Below, piece after piece: positions 30,835 through 40,500 of a stretch of 64,000 nt of DNA. The notes beneath the pieces were generated by a model. It saw nothing but the letters and a program-made list of their open reading frames with translations, did no database searches and was not told the origin of the DNA. The translations under genes and the position numbers were made by a program. Numbering within the stretch: position 1 is the first letter of the stretch; every line of letters begins with the position of its first letter. This DNA comes from Phormidesmidales cyanobacterium (GTDB taxonomy: Bacteria > Cyanobacteriota > Cyanobacteriia > Phormidesmidales > Phormidesmidaceae), in the NCBI GenBank assembly GCA_038256265.1, contig JBBSKN010000001.1, positions 49,533 to 113,532 of the forward strand, written 5' to 3'.

Positions 30835-30956
30835 GCCAGAGGGCGATCGCCCTCCCAGCAGGCCACCCTCGGGTTGAGATCCGTTTTGAGATAGGTTGAC
30901 CTGTCGGGGTCTATTTTTAGGCCTGGTTCTCTGGCCGCGCAGTTTTATTTCTATCT

Positions 30957-31712
30957 ATGTCGTCTCACCTCGATCATCCTGTCCCTCTGGGCACCCTTAC
31001 CGGCCTTGGCGTTGGCCCCGGCGACCCTGACTTGATCACCCTCAAGGCGCTCAAATGTCTGCAAAAGGCCGATGTGGTGGCCTTTCCCCAGGGGCGCAAC
31101 GGTCAGCCGGGGTTAGCCCAGCGCATCATTGCGCCACACCTGGGGCAGCAGCTGCTGCTGCCCCTAGAGTTTCCCTACGTGCTCGATCAGGCCCAGCTCT
31201 CAGATGCCTGGGATCGGGCGGGCGATCTCGTCTGGCAGCATCTTAGCCAGGGACAAAATGTAGTGTTTGCCTGCGAGGGCGACCTCAGCTTCTACGGCAC
31301 CTTTAACTATCTAGCCCTGAGCCTAGAGCGCCGCTACCCGGCCGCGGCTATTGACCGAGTACCCGGCATTTGCTCGCCCATGGCGGCGGTGAGCGCCCTG
31401 GGCATTCCCCTCACGGTGCAGTCTGACAAGCTGGTAGTGCTACCCGCCCTCTACACCGTGGCCGACCTTGATGCCGCGCTGACCTGGGCCGATGTGGTGG
31501 TGCTGCTCAAAGTGGGATCTGTGTATGCCCAGGTGTGGCAGCGGCTCGAGCAGCGGCAATTGTTAGAGCAAAGCTGGGTGATTGCCAACGCCACCCAGCC
31601 CACCCAGCGGATCTATAGCCCCCTCACCTGTTACCCCAGCCTAGAGCTGCCCTACTTTTCGCTCATGGTGATCAGGTCGGGGGCAGATCCACTCCCCCAG
31701 GCGTTACCCTAG
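30957..31712 (+). CDS. cobI: Precorrin-2 C20-methyltransferase
   Basis: GLGVGPGDPDLITLKA, EGDLSFYGTF, VPGICS, LPYFSL. Confidence 0.92.
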   Translation: MSSHLDHPVPLGTLTGLGVGPGDPDLITLKALKCLQKADVVAFPQGRNGQPGLAQRIIAPHLGQQLLLPLEFPYVLDQAQLSDAWDRAGDLVWQHLSQGQNVVFACEGDLSFYGTFNYLALSLERRYPAAAIDRVPGICSPMAAVSALGIPLTVQSDKLVVLPALYTVADLDAALTWADVVVLLKVGSVYAQVWQRLEQRQLLEQSWVIANATQPTQRIYSPLTCYPSLELPYFSLMVIRSGADPLPQALP

Positions 31713-31780
31713 GGGAATATAGAGGAACCTCGATTCCCAAGGGCAAGTCAATACACCACAGCGATCGCACCCAGTCAGGC

Positions 31781-32935
31781 ATGAACCCCACCAATCCACG
31801 TCTTAACCAACTGCTCAAAACGGCACGCCAACCCCAGTGGATAGCGGCTTTCCTGTCGGTGGGATTTCACGTGGTACTGTTTGCCGCTGGGCCGTCGTTT
31901 TCGAACCTGAGTGCAGCGGCTTTAGGGGGGAGTGACCCCGAGGGTGAAGCCCGCCAGGTGCCGCTGCTAGAGCTTAGCCCCGAAGAGCAGAGCCGCCTGC
32001 CCGACTTTTCTACCCCGGCCTACTCCCCGTTCCCTGAGGGCAACGACGATCTGTTTAGCCTGTTTCCGCCCGCAGGCGACAGCTTGCCCCTCGACAGTGA
32101 CCTGCCCTTCGACAGCGATCTGCCCTTTGGCTCGTCGCTGTCGATTCCCACCCCTAGGCTGCCCTCCAGCTCTTTCCCTACGGGCATTTCGCCCTATCTT
32201 GGCTCGACTCGCTCACCCATTTCCATATCGCCCCGGCGATCAACCCTGCCGCCTATTCCTCGCAGCAGCGGCCCCAATGGTCCGGCCGCCCCGACGGAGC
32301 CTGACTCAGAGGCCGAGGCCCCAACGGCAACGGCTCCCGCCAACCCCGGTGGCGAAGCTGGCGATCTCCTGCCCGAGGGCACCGAAGCAGACAACGATTC
32401 AGACATTGGTGCCAATGGCGAGAGTGTCCCTCTTGCCGAAGCTCCCGTCCCAGGGCGAGCCAGCGATCTGCTGGCTCGCCTTGAGTACGACGACGCCCAA
32501 ACCACTGCCGACGAGGTCGACATTGCCAAAGCTGCCTGGCGACAAAGCCTCAGGGAGCAGCTGGGGGACGATATCGCTGAGGTTGAAGAGCCGATTGTGC
32601 TGCCGGTAACGACCCCTGGGCGGATCTGTATGTCGCCTGAGCCCGCCGACGGTCTGCTGGGGCTGGTGGCTTTGCCCAATGAAGCGGGCGACGGCCTGAC
32701 GCTGGTGACTTCGGTGCTTAAGAGCACTGGCTACACTCTCTTAAATCAGCGGGCAGAGCAGGCTCTGCGCGGGCTAGAACAGCAGACCGATGAAGAAGGC
32801 GGCGCGATCGCACCCAACACGCTGTACCAAGTGGTGCTCGATGTTGACTATGACAGTGAAACCTGTGTTAGCCGCGAGGCGCTGCTCCAGTCACGCACCG
32901 CCGAGAGCGATGACGCCGAGGCTCCGGCAGAGTGA
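31781..32935 (+). CDS. TonB-like protein
   Basis: TM helix containing SVGFH (SxxxH), Pro-rich linker, C-terminal VLKSTGYTLLNQRA. Confidence 0.55.
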   Translation: MNPTNPRLNQLLKTARQPQWIAAFLSVGFHVVLFAAGPSFSNLSAAALGGSDPEGEARQVPLLELSPEEQSRLPDFSTPAYSPFPEGNDDLFSLFPPAGDSLPLDSDLPFDSDLPFGSSLSIPTPRLPSSSFPTGISPYLGSTRSPISISPRRSTLPPIPRSSGPNGPAAPTEPDSEAEAPTATAPANPGGEAGDLLPEGTEADNDSDIGANGESVPLAEAPVPGRASDLLARLEYDDAQTTADEVDIAKAAWRQSLREQLGDDIAEVEEPIVLPVTTPGRICMSPEPADGLLGLVALPNEAGDGLTLVTSVLKSTGYTLLNQRAEQALRGLEQQTDEEGGAIAPNTLYQVVLDVDYDSETCVSREALLQSRTAESDDAEAPAE

Positions 32936-32947
32936 CTCTGGGCAAAT

Positions 32948-33406
32948 TCAGTTGTCTGCGAGCATTCTTTGCCCGCCCGTCGATGCCTGGGGCAGACGAG
33001 AACTGTCTGGGGCTAGGGGCGGCGGGGCGGCGAAACCAGGGGACACAGCCTGGTGCAACTCTTCAAGCTTGTCGACCAGGTAGGTTTGGATGGCGTTGAG
33101 CTGATAAGTTTTGTCGGTGACCTCTTCGAGCTTGCGCTCGACAATTTTGACGTAATCCTGCTGAGAAATTTCGCCCGCTTCCCAGGGGGCAATCAGCGCC
33201 TTCATCTCGCCCAGGGTAAACCCGAGCGTCTAGCCCTGACTAATCAGGGCTAGACGCTCCACCATATCTGGGTCGTACTCTTTGTAAAGTCTGGTACCTG
33301 CCGGTCTCTGGCTGGCCGCAATCAGCCCCATTTTTTCGTAAAAGCGGATAGTATCTTTCGACAACCCCGTTTGCCTAGCCAGTTCGCCGATTAGCATCGT
33401 GGTCAT
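32948..33406 (-). pseudogene. MerR family regulator interrupted by an in-frame TAG at codon 59
   Basis: MTTMLIGELARQTGLSKDTIRFYEKMGLI...YDPDMVERLALISQG*TLGFTLGEMKAL; the frame continues after the stop (33230-33232). Confidence 0.85.
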
Positions 33407-33425
33407 CCCAATTTCACTAAACCCC

Positions 33426-33457
33426 TTGACTGTGGAGCATACTCCATAGTTTATGCT
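33426..33457 (+). promoter_or_regulatory. MerR-type promoter/operator of the RND pump
   Basis: TTGACT (33426-31), 20-bp spacer, TATGCT (33452-57); dyad ACTGTGGAG-CATA-CTCCATAGT (33429-33450). Confidence 0.75.
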
Positions 33458-33583
33458 ACGCGATATTCATAGCCCAGTTAGCCTCGGTGCTTGGGTTTAT
33501 GTGGTTATCGTGTTTCTGGGGTTCTCTGTTTTAACATGGTCGATGGCGACCGTTGCCTGCTGCGCTCAACGTTTAGCTACCCT

Positions 33584-34846
33584 ATGCCATCCGCCAACCG
33601 TTCTCGAATCTGCGAGGTGTTGGGCGCTGCCCTCACCCTGTCATTGGTTGTGTCAGCCTGTGGTCGACCTCAGCCTCCAGGGGCCATGGGGCCTGAGGCG
33701 GTGTCGGTCCGAGTGCAGGAGTTGCAGCCCGGCACCTTTGAAGAAAGCTCTGATTTTGTTGGTTCCCTCCAGGCCGAGCAGCGAGTTGAGCTGAAACCTG
33801 AGGTGGCTGGCCGAGTCACCCAGGTCTTGATCAGTTCTGGTAGCGCGGTTAGCCAAGGCCAGCCGGTGGTGCAGCTCAGCCCTGACCAAACTCAGTCTGA
33901 GGTGTCGGCATCGCAGTCTGCGGCCCAGGCCGCCGGCTTTGGTCGCGATGCCGCCCAGGCCCAGGTCGATGCCGCCCAGGCCGAGGTGGCCCGCACCCAG
34001 GCCGATGTGGAACTGGCCCTGGTTGAGTTTCGCCGCACTGAGCGGCTGGTAGAGGCGGGGGCGCTGAGCCGCCAAGACTTAGACAATGCCCAAAACCAGC
34101 TCACCGTGGCCCAGGCCGCCCAGCGCCAGGCGGTCGACAGCGCGCGGGCGGCCCAGGCTCAGCTGCAGCAGGCGCTCTCGACCTTTAACCAGAGCCAGGC
34201 CCAGGTAAATGTCAGCCAGGCTGATTTGGGCTTTAGGCAGGTGGTGGCTCCGGTGGCGGGCATTGTAGGGGATATTTCGCTCAAGGTGGGTGACTTTGTA
34301 GACGTGGGCGATACCCTGGGCACTATCACCCAAAACAGCGAGCTGTTTCTGCGCATTCAGGTGCCCACCACTCGGGCCAGCCAACTGCGGCTGGGCACTC
34401 CGGTGGAGCTGCTCAGCGCTGACTCCGGAGAACCGCTGGCGACGGGGAGTCTCAGCTTCATTTCGCCGGAGGTAGATGGGGCTGGGCAGTCGATTTTGGT
34501 CAAAGCTCGCTTCCCCAACGAGGCGGCCAATTTGCGGGATGGGCAGTTTGTGCGGGCGCGGCTGATCTGGAGCACCACCGCTACCCTGCTGGTGCCCACG
34601 GTGGCGGTGACCCGCATTGCCGGGCAGAGTTTTGTGTTTGTGGCCGCCGATGAGACCCAGGAGGATGGCCAAACTCTGCGGGTGGCTTCCCAGCGCCCGG
34701 TGCAGCTGGGCCAAATTCAGGGGGGCAATTACCAGGTGATTGATGGTCTACAGCCCGGCGATGAGGTGGTTGTGACCAACATTCTTCAGCTGCAGGATGG
34801 GCTGCCCATCAATGCTGAAGCCCAGGCATCGACAGCGCCGCTTTAG
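33584..34846 (+). CDS. RND efflux periplasmic adaptor subunit
   Basis: Lipobox VSAC; LKPEVAGRV; APVAGIV; LRDGQFVRA; probable start ATG 33584. Confidence 0.92.
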   Translation: MPSANRSRICEVLGAALTLSLVVSACGRPQPPGAMGPEAVSVRVQELQPGTFEESSDFVGSLQAEQRVELKPEVAGRVTQVLISSGSAVSQGQPVVQLSPDQTQSEVSASQSAAQAAGFGRDAAQAQVDAAQAEVARTQADVELALVEFRRTERLVEAGALSRQDLDNAQNQLTVAQAAQRQAVDSARAAQAQLQQALSTFNQSQAQVNVSQADLGFRQVVAPVAGIVGDISLKVGDFVDVGDTLGTITQNSELFLRIQVPTTRASQLRLGTPVELLSADSGEPLATGSLSFISPEVDGAGQSILVKARFPNEAANLRDGQFVRARLIWSTTATLLVPTVAVTRIAGQSFVFVAADETQEDGQTLRVASQRPVQLGQIQGGNYQVIDGLQPGDEVVVTNILQLQDGLPINAEAQASTAPL

Positions 34847-34948
34847 GTCTGTTGTTGCTGGATGATAACGCTTAAGATTGACCGCTGATCCGTCGCTGAC
34901 AGGGCTGTTTTGTCGGCAGTTTGATCCCTAAGCTCTGGTATAACGCCC

Positions 34949-37900
34949 ATGGCGCTGTTCTCTATTGCCGATACCTTTATTCGTCGCCCGGTGCTGACCA
35001 CCGTGTGTACGTTGCTGATTGTGCTGGCGGGGGCGGTGGCCATACCGCTGTTGCCCATTGAGCAATTGCCAGAAATTGCGCCCTTGCAGATTCAGGTGTC
35101 GGCCAACTACACCGGGGCCGACGCCGAAACCGTGGAGGGCAATGTCACCACGGTGCTTGAGCGGGAGATCAACGGGGTGGAGGGGATGGAATTTATCACC
35201 TCCAGCAGCACCAACACGGGCCAAAGCACTATCAACGTGGTGTTTCAGCCGGGGCGCGACAAAGACATTGCCCAGGTGGATGTGCAGAACCGGGTGGCCC
35301 GAGCTGAGCCGTCGCTGCCGCCGGAGGTGACCCAGCTGGGGGTGACGGTAAATGCCCAGTCGCCGAGCATTTTGCTGGTGTATCGGTTTTTTACCGACGA
35401 TGACCGCTATGACGCGCTGTTTTTGAGCAACTACGCCGACCTGTTCATTCTCGATGAAATGAAGCAGATCGACGGGGTGGGAAGCGCGGAGGTGTTTGGG
35501 GCGGGACGCTACGCTATGCGCCTGTGGCTCGACCCGGCGGCCCTGGCAGGTCAAGAGCTGACCCCCGCAGATGTGGTGGCCGCGCTGCAGGAGCAAAATG
35601 TGCAGGTGGGGGGCGGCGCGGTGGGAGCACCTCCCACCGATGCGGGTCAGGCCTACCAATACACCGTGCGGTTGCCCGGTCGCCTGGAGGAGGTGAGCGA
35701 GTTTGAGAACCTGGTGATCAAGGTGGGTGAGGGCGGCAACCTGGTGCGACTGCGGCAGGTGGGCCGGGCCGAGCTGGGGGCCGAAAACTATAGCTTTGAT
35801 GCTAAGACTCAGGGCAAACTGGCGGCGGGCCTGCTGGTGTATCAGCTGCCGGGCAGCAATGCCTTGGAGGTGGCTCAGGCGGTGCGCGATCGCATGACCG
35901 AGCTGCAGAGTAGCTTTCCGCCGGGGTACCGGGCAGAGCTGGTGTTTGACACCACCGACTTTGTGCAGGTGTCGCTCCAGGAGGTGTTGACTACTTTAGC
36001 GCTGGCGATCTTTTTGGTGCTGCTGATTCTGTTTATATTTTTGCAGGACTGGCGAGCAACCATTGTGCCGGCGATCGCTATTCCGGTATCGCTGATCGGG
36101 GCGATGGCATTTTTGCTGTTGTTTGGCTTTTCGATCAACACTCTCACGTTGTTCGGCTGCATTTTGGCCTCGGGGGTGGTGGTCGACGATGCCATTGTGA
36201 TTGTGGAAGCGATCGCCGCCAAGATCGACCAGGGCATGAAGCCTCGGCTTGCGGCCCTCGATGCCATGCAGGATCTGTCGGGGGCGGTGGTAGCTACCTC
36301 TCTGGTGCTGATGGCCGTGTTTATTCCGGTGGCGTTTTTTCCAGGTAGCACGGGCAAAATCTATCAGCAGTTTGCCCTCACCATTGCTTTCACCATTGTG
36401 GTGTCGACTTTCAATGCCCTGAGCTTTTCTCCGGCCATGTCGGCCCTGCTGCTGCGCCCCACCAACCCGGGGCTGCGCAGTGGCCCTCTGGGAGGATTTT
36501 TTAACCGCTTTAACGAGGTGCTGCGGTGGGTAACGGAGCGCTATCACGACTTGGTGCGGGTGCTAATTCGCCTGCGCTACGGCGTACTGATGGTGTTTGC
36601 GGTGGGCCTGGTGCTGATGGTAGGCATGCTGCGTCTGGTGCCGACGGGCTTTGTGCCAGAGGAAGATCAGGGCTACTTCCTAGGGATTGTGCAGGCCCCC
36701 GACGGGGTGTCGCTGGAGTACACCAAGCAGGTGATGGATCAGGCCGACACGATTATTAACCAGTTCCCAGAGGTGGAGAGCACCTTCATGTTGTCAGGGT
36801 TTGGCTTTGATGGCCCCTCGCCAAATCGGGGGATTTTCTTCGCCACTCTGGCCCCCTGGGCCGATCGCCGCGCCCAGTCCTCGACGGTGGCGGGGCTGCT
36901 GCCCCAGGTCAATGGTGCCCTCTCGGATATTCAGGAGGCGCTGGTGATTGCCTTTAACGCCCCGCCAGTGCCGGGTTTTAGCCCCACGGGGGCGTTAGAG
37001 ATGCAGCTGCTGGATCGCAGCGGCAACCAGATGAGCATCGATGAGTTTTTGGGTAACGCCTACGAAATCATGGGGCTGGCCAACCAGTCGCCCGCCTCAA
37101 TGGGGGTGTTTACCCAGTTCACCGCCAGCTCGCCCCAGGTGCAGGTGGATATCAACCGCGATCGCCTCAATGCGCTAGACATCGACATCGGCGAAGCTCT
37201 GACCACCGTGGGCACCTACTTTGGGTCTCGCTACGTCAACGACTTTAGCTCGGGCGGGCGCAACTACCGGGTCTACGTGCAGGCCGACCAGACCTTCCGC
37301 AACGAGCCGTCGGATATTAACAGTATCTACGTGCGATCGCGCCAGGGCGTCATGGTGCCCCTGGGCGAGGTGGCCACCCTGAGCGAGGTGGTGGGGCCGT
37401 CGACCATCAACCACTTCAACCTGCTGCGGGCCATCAAGCTAGAGGGCATGCCGGCTCCAGGGGCCAGCTCTGGCCAGCTGATTGCCGCTATGACCGAGGC
37501 CCACGCCCAAGCGGCGCTGCCGGTGGTGGGGCAAGCCTGGCAGGGCACCGCCCGCGAAGAAATCGCCTCCGGCGGGCTGGCCACGATTATCTTTGGCCTG
37601 GGGGTGCTGGTGGTGTTTTTGGTGCTGGCCGCCCAGTACGAAAACTACGTTGACCCGATCATCATTTTGCTGACGGTGCCGCTGGCGGTGCTGGGGGCGC
37701 TGGTGTTTTTGTTCTTGCGCGGCCTAGATCTCAATATCTACGCCCAGGTGGGGCTGGTGATGCTGATTGGCCTGGCCAGCAAAAACGCCATTTTGATCGT
37801 GGAGTTTGCCAACCAGGCCCGCAGCCAGGGTCTGGGGCTAGTGCCCGCCGCCATTGCCGCCGCCGAGCAGCGGTTTCGACCTATTATCATGACCGCGATC

Positions 37901-38191
37901 TCGTCGCTGGTGGGGTTCTTCCCGCTACTGGTGGCCACCGGGGCGGGCAGCGCCAGCCGCTGGTCGGTGGGCTACACGGTGTTTGGCGGTCTGCTGGCCG
38001 CAACGGTGCTCAGTCTGCTGGTGGTACCCGTCCTCTACGTGGTGCTGAAGGGCTTGGAGGAGCAGTTTTTTGGTGGTCCTGGGGCACCCCCCACGATTAC
38101 CTCCGCCAGTCTGGATAACGGCAGCGGTGCTGCATCTGAGGTCGATGAGGCTGTAGCGCCGCTGCGAGCCCAGGGAGAAAACCTGGCCTAG
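34949..38191 (+). CDS. RND efflux permease (AcrB/HAE1)
   Basis: FIRRPV, VVDDAIVIVE, GLASKNAILIVEFA, RFRPIIMT. Confidence 0.96.
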   Translation: MALFSIADTFIRRPVLTTVCTLLIVLAGAVAIPLLPIEQLPEIAPLQIQVSANYTGADAETVEGNVTTVLEREINGVEGMEFITSSSTNTGQSTINVVFQPGRDKDIAQVDVQNRVARAEPSLPPEVTQLGVTVNAQSPSILLVYRFFTDDDRYDALFLSNYADLFILDEMKQIDGVGSAEVFGAGRYAMRLWLDPAALAGQELTPADVVAALQEQNVQVGGGAVGAPPTDAGQAYQYTVRLPGRLEEVSEFENLVIKVGEGGNLVRLRQVGRAELGAENYSFDAKTQGKLAAGLLVYQLPGSNALEVAQAVRDRMTELQSSFPPGYRAELVFDTTDFVQVSLQEVLTTLALAIFLVLLILFIFLQDWRATIVPAIAIPVSLIGAMAFLLLFGFSINTLTLFGCILASGVVVDDAIVIVEAIAAKIDQGMKPRLAALDAMQDLSGAVVATSLVLMAVFIPVAFFPGSTGKIYQQFALTIAFTIVVSTFNALSFSPAMSALLLRPTNPGLRSGPLGGFFNRFNEVLRWVTERYHDLVRVLIRLRYGVLMVFAVGLVLMVGMLRLVPTGFVPEEDQGYFLGIVQAPDGVSLEYTKQVMDQADTIINQFPEVESTFMLSGFGFDGPSPNRGIFFATLAPWADRRAQSSTVAGLLPQVNGALSDIQEALVIAFNAPPVPGFSPTGALEMQLLDRSGNQMSIDEFLGNAYEIMGLANQSPASMGVFTQFTASSPQVQVDINRDRLNALDIDIGEALTTVGTYFGSRYVNDFSSGGRNYRVYVQADQTFRNEPSDINSIYVRSRQGVMVPLGEVATLSEVVGPSTINHFNLLRAIKLEGMPAPGASSGQLIAAMTEAHAQAALPVVGQAWQGTAREEIASGGLATIIFGLGVLVVFLVLAAQYENYVDPIIILLTVPLAVLGALVFLFLRGLDLNIYAQVGLVMLIGLASKNAILIVEFANQARSQGLGLVPAAIAAAEQRFRPIIMTAISSLVGFFPLLVATGAGSASRWSVGYTVFGGLLAATVLSLLVVPVLYVVLKGLEEQFFGGPGAPPTITSASLDNGSGAASEVDEAVAPLRAQGENLA

Positions 38192-38339
38192 GGGCTGAGG
38201 GCTGTCGTTGGGGGCAGCCCGGTACTAAAATCTATAGCGTCGGTAGATAACCCAGCCTGAGAGCACCCAATGGGGCTGCCGTGGCGAGGCGGCCTGGGGG
38301 CAGTTCTAGCTAACATTCTTTCTACGGGGTCAGTTCGCT

Positions 38340-38927
38340 ATGGATGGGGAACGGGACGAGTTAATAGCCCGCTTAGAAGGGTTGGAAGCAAGACTCGAAG
38401 GGTTTATTCAGCAGGGGCTAACCGAGCGCATTGCCCGCCTAGAAGATGCCCTGACGCTGGTCACCGATGTGGAGCGTTACCAACCCCTCCAGCGGCTGCT
38501 CAAGACCGGCAAGCTGCGAGAAGCCGACGAAGAAACCGTGCGGGTAATTTTGCAGGAGGCGGGCACCCCTGATCGTGAAGATCTAACCCCCGACGCGATT
38601 TTGAGATTTCCGTGCAGCGTGCTACGGGTGGTAGACCGGCTGTGGATCACCTATACCGGCGGGCGGTTTGGCTTTAGCATGCAGCTACAGCTCTATAAGG
38701 CGGTGGGCGGCACCTTAGAGAGCGTGATCGCCCAAGACTCCGCCGCCCTCAACCGCCTGGGTGATCGGGTGGGCTGGCGGCAAAACGACCAGTGGAAAAC
38801 CCTCGATCAGGCCCGCTACGACCTCGATGACCCCGTGGGCTGCTACCCGTTTATCTGGTGGGATTCACCCTACGGCGATAAGATGGTCAACTACTTTCTC
38901 ACCCGGCTGTTTACCTGCGGGCTGTAG
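38340..38927 (+). CDS. GUN4 domain protein
   Basis: LREADEET...FPCSVLRVVDRLWITYTGGRFGFSMQ...GDRVGWR. Confidence 0.85.
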   Translation: MDGERDELIARLEGLEARLEGFIQQGLTERIARLEDALTLVTDVERYQPLQRLLKTGKLREADEETVRVILQEAGTPDREDLTPDAILRFPCSVLRVVDRLWITYTGGRFGFSMQLQLYKAVGGTLESVIAQDSAALNRLGDRVGWRQNDQWKTLDQARYDLDDPVGCYPFIWWDSPYGDKMVNYFLTRLFTCGL

Positions 38928-38938
38928 CAACAGACAAC

Positions 38939-38974
38939 AAAAAGCCGCTACTGGAACCACAGCAGCGGCTTTTT
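38939..38974. terminator. Bidirectional intrinsic terminator
   Basis: AAAAAGCCGCT...AGCGGCTTTTT between convergent genes. Confidence 0.75.
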
Positions 38975-39007
38975 ATGGGGGCGCCAAGTCAGCTATGGAG
39001 CCGTAGA

Positions 39008-39376
39008 CTACTCTGCCCCAGTATCGGGGACGATCTCAAGCGTTTCACTCTGGGCTTGACGGCGCAAGGCCGCTTCTCGCAGGGCTTGAAAGTTGGCCGC
39101 TTCGCTGCTCATCCGGCCCCGGTGCTGACGGCTAAAGTCGCCTATGGTGGTGCCATTCATCAGGGTGACGCGGTGAATCAGGTCAAAGGCGTTACCGCCC
39201 TCGCCAAAAACACCGCCGCTGGCATCGCTGGAGCCAAATCCCTCGGCGGCATCTACTCGATGTGTGTTGGCAGGGTCGGTGCCCGTCGTAGACTGGGCCA
39301 GGGCTGCCGGGGCCAGTAGAGCCATGGCCGAGATCGCAGCGGCTAAGGGGCGAGATAGTCTTTTAGGGTAAGCCAT
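39008..39376 (-). CDS. Exported hypothetical protein
   Basis: Signal peptide ending ALA-Q; 122 aa, non-overlapping. Confidence 0.7.
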   Translation of the reverse strand: MAYPKRLSRPLAAAISAMALLAPAALAQSTTGTDPANTHRVDAAEGFGSSDASGGVFGEGGNAFDLIHRVTLMNGTTIGDFSRQHRGRMSSEAANFQALREAALRRQAQSETLEIVPDTGAE

Positions 39377-39573
39377 GGGGCACTCCTGAACACCAGTGAG
39401 TAGGATATCGATAAGTAAGGCACCAACAAATAGACACTTTGGGCAGAATTCTGCGATCGCCCAAAAATTACGTCCGGCCTATGAGGGCTATTGTAGCGGC
39501 TAACCCGCGGGCTGCTGCCCCCCTATACCAGCTCTGCAACTGGCTCGATCAGCTCGACCCATGCAGCCAACCC

Positions 39574-40491
39574 CTAGGCAATACGGCGGCGCAGCAGCGG
39601 CTGAATTAGCCCCAGCGCCAGCCCGCAGAAAGTCACCAGCACCGCCAGGCAAGCCCCCAGCGACACCGCCGCAAAAGGAGTTTGCAGCACCGTGCTGCCC
39701 AGACCCCAAACCGGGTGCAAATAGACGTAGCGAATCGGCTCAATCGCATAGGTCAGCGGGTTTAGGCTCGCCACCACCTGAAGCCAGCCGGGCATAAACT
39801 CTAAGGGCACCAGGGCAGTGCTCGAAAACAGCAGCGGCAGGTTGGTGACAAAAATAACCGCAATTAGCTCAATGTGGCCGGGCAGCGCAAATGTCAACCC
39901 CAGGCTCAGGGCCGTCACCCCCAGCACCAGGGTGGTCACAATAAACAGCACCAGCAGCAGCCCCGACAGACTGGGCAGGCCCGCCCCCAGCACCGCGCTG
40001 ACACCCACAATCGCCGCCGTCTGCACCAGGCTCAGGGCCGCGATAAACAGCGCCGAAGCCACCACAATCGAGTAGCGCGAGGCCAGGGGGGCGACTAGAA
40101 ATCGGTTCAAAAAGCCAAACTCGCGGTCAAACATCACCGGCAGCCCGGCATTGAGCGCCCCGCCAAAGGCGGTAAACACAATAATGCCCGCCCCCAAAAA
40201 CTGTCCGTAGTTGCGGCTTTCGCCAAACAGGCCCGCTGGCACGTTTTGAAACAGCGCCCCAAACAGCACCAGCCAGATCAGTGGCTGAATCACCCCCGCC
40301 ACCAGGGTAGAGGGGCGGCGCTGGAGCTGAATAAACAGCCGCCGGGTCATGGCCAGGGTCTCTTGCACAAAGGCCCCTGGAACCAGACCCTCAGACTTGA
40401 CTAGCTCGGCCTTCCAGGCTTTGAGCTCTAAATTTTCGAGGCTGGGGGCAGCCTCGCGGGCGGGAGACGGGGTGGGAATGGTGGTGGTCAT
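39574..40491 (-). CDS. ABC-2 type exporter permease
   Basis: QPLIWLVLFG, DREFGFLNRFLVAP, NPLTYAIE. Confidence 0.92.
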   Translation of the reverse strand: MTTTIPTPSPAREAAPSLENLELKAWKAELVKSEGLVPGAFVQETLAMTRRLFIQLQRRPSTLVAGVIQPLIWLVLFGALFQNVPAGLFGESRNYGQFLGAGIIVFTAFGGALNAGLPVMFDREFGFLNRFLVAPLASRYSIVVASALFIAALSLVQTAAIVGVSAVLGAGLPSLSGLLLVLFIVTTLVLGVTALSLGLTFALPGHIELIAVIFVTNLPLLFSSTALVPLEFMPGWLQVVASLNPLTYAIEPIRYVYLHPVWGLGSTVLQTPFAAVSLGACLAVLVTFCGLALGLIQPLLRRRIA

Positions 40492-40500
40492 GGTGTTATC

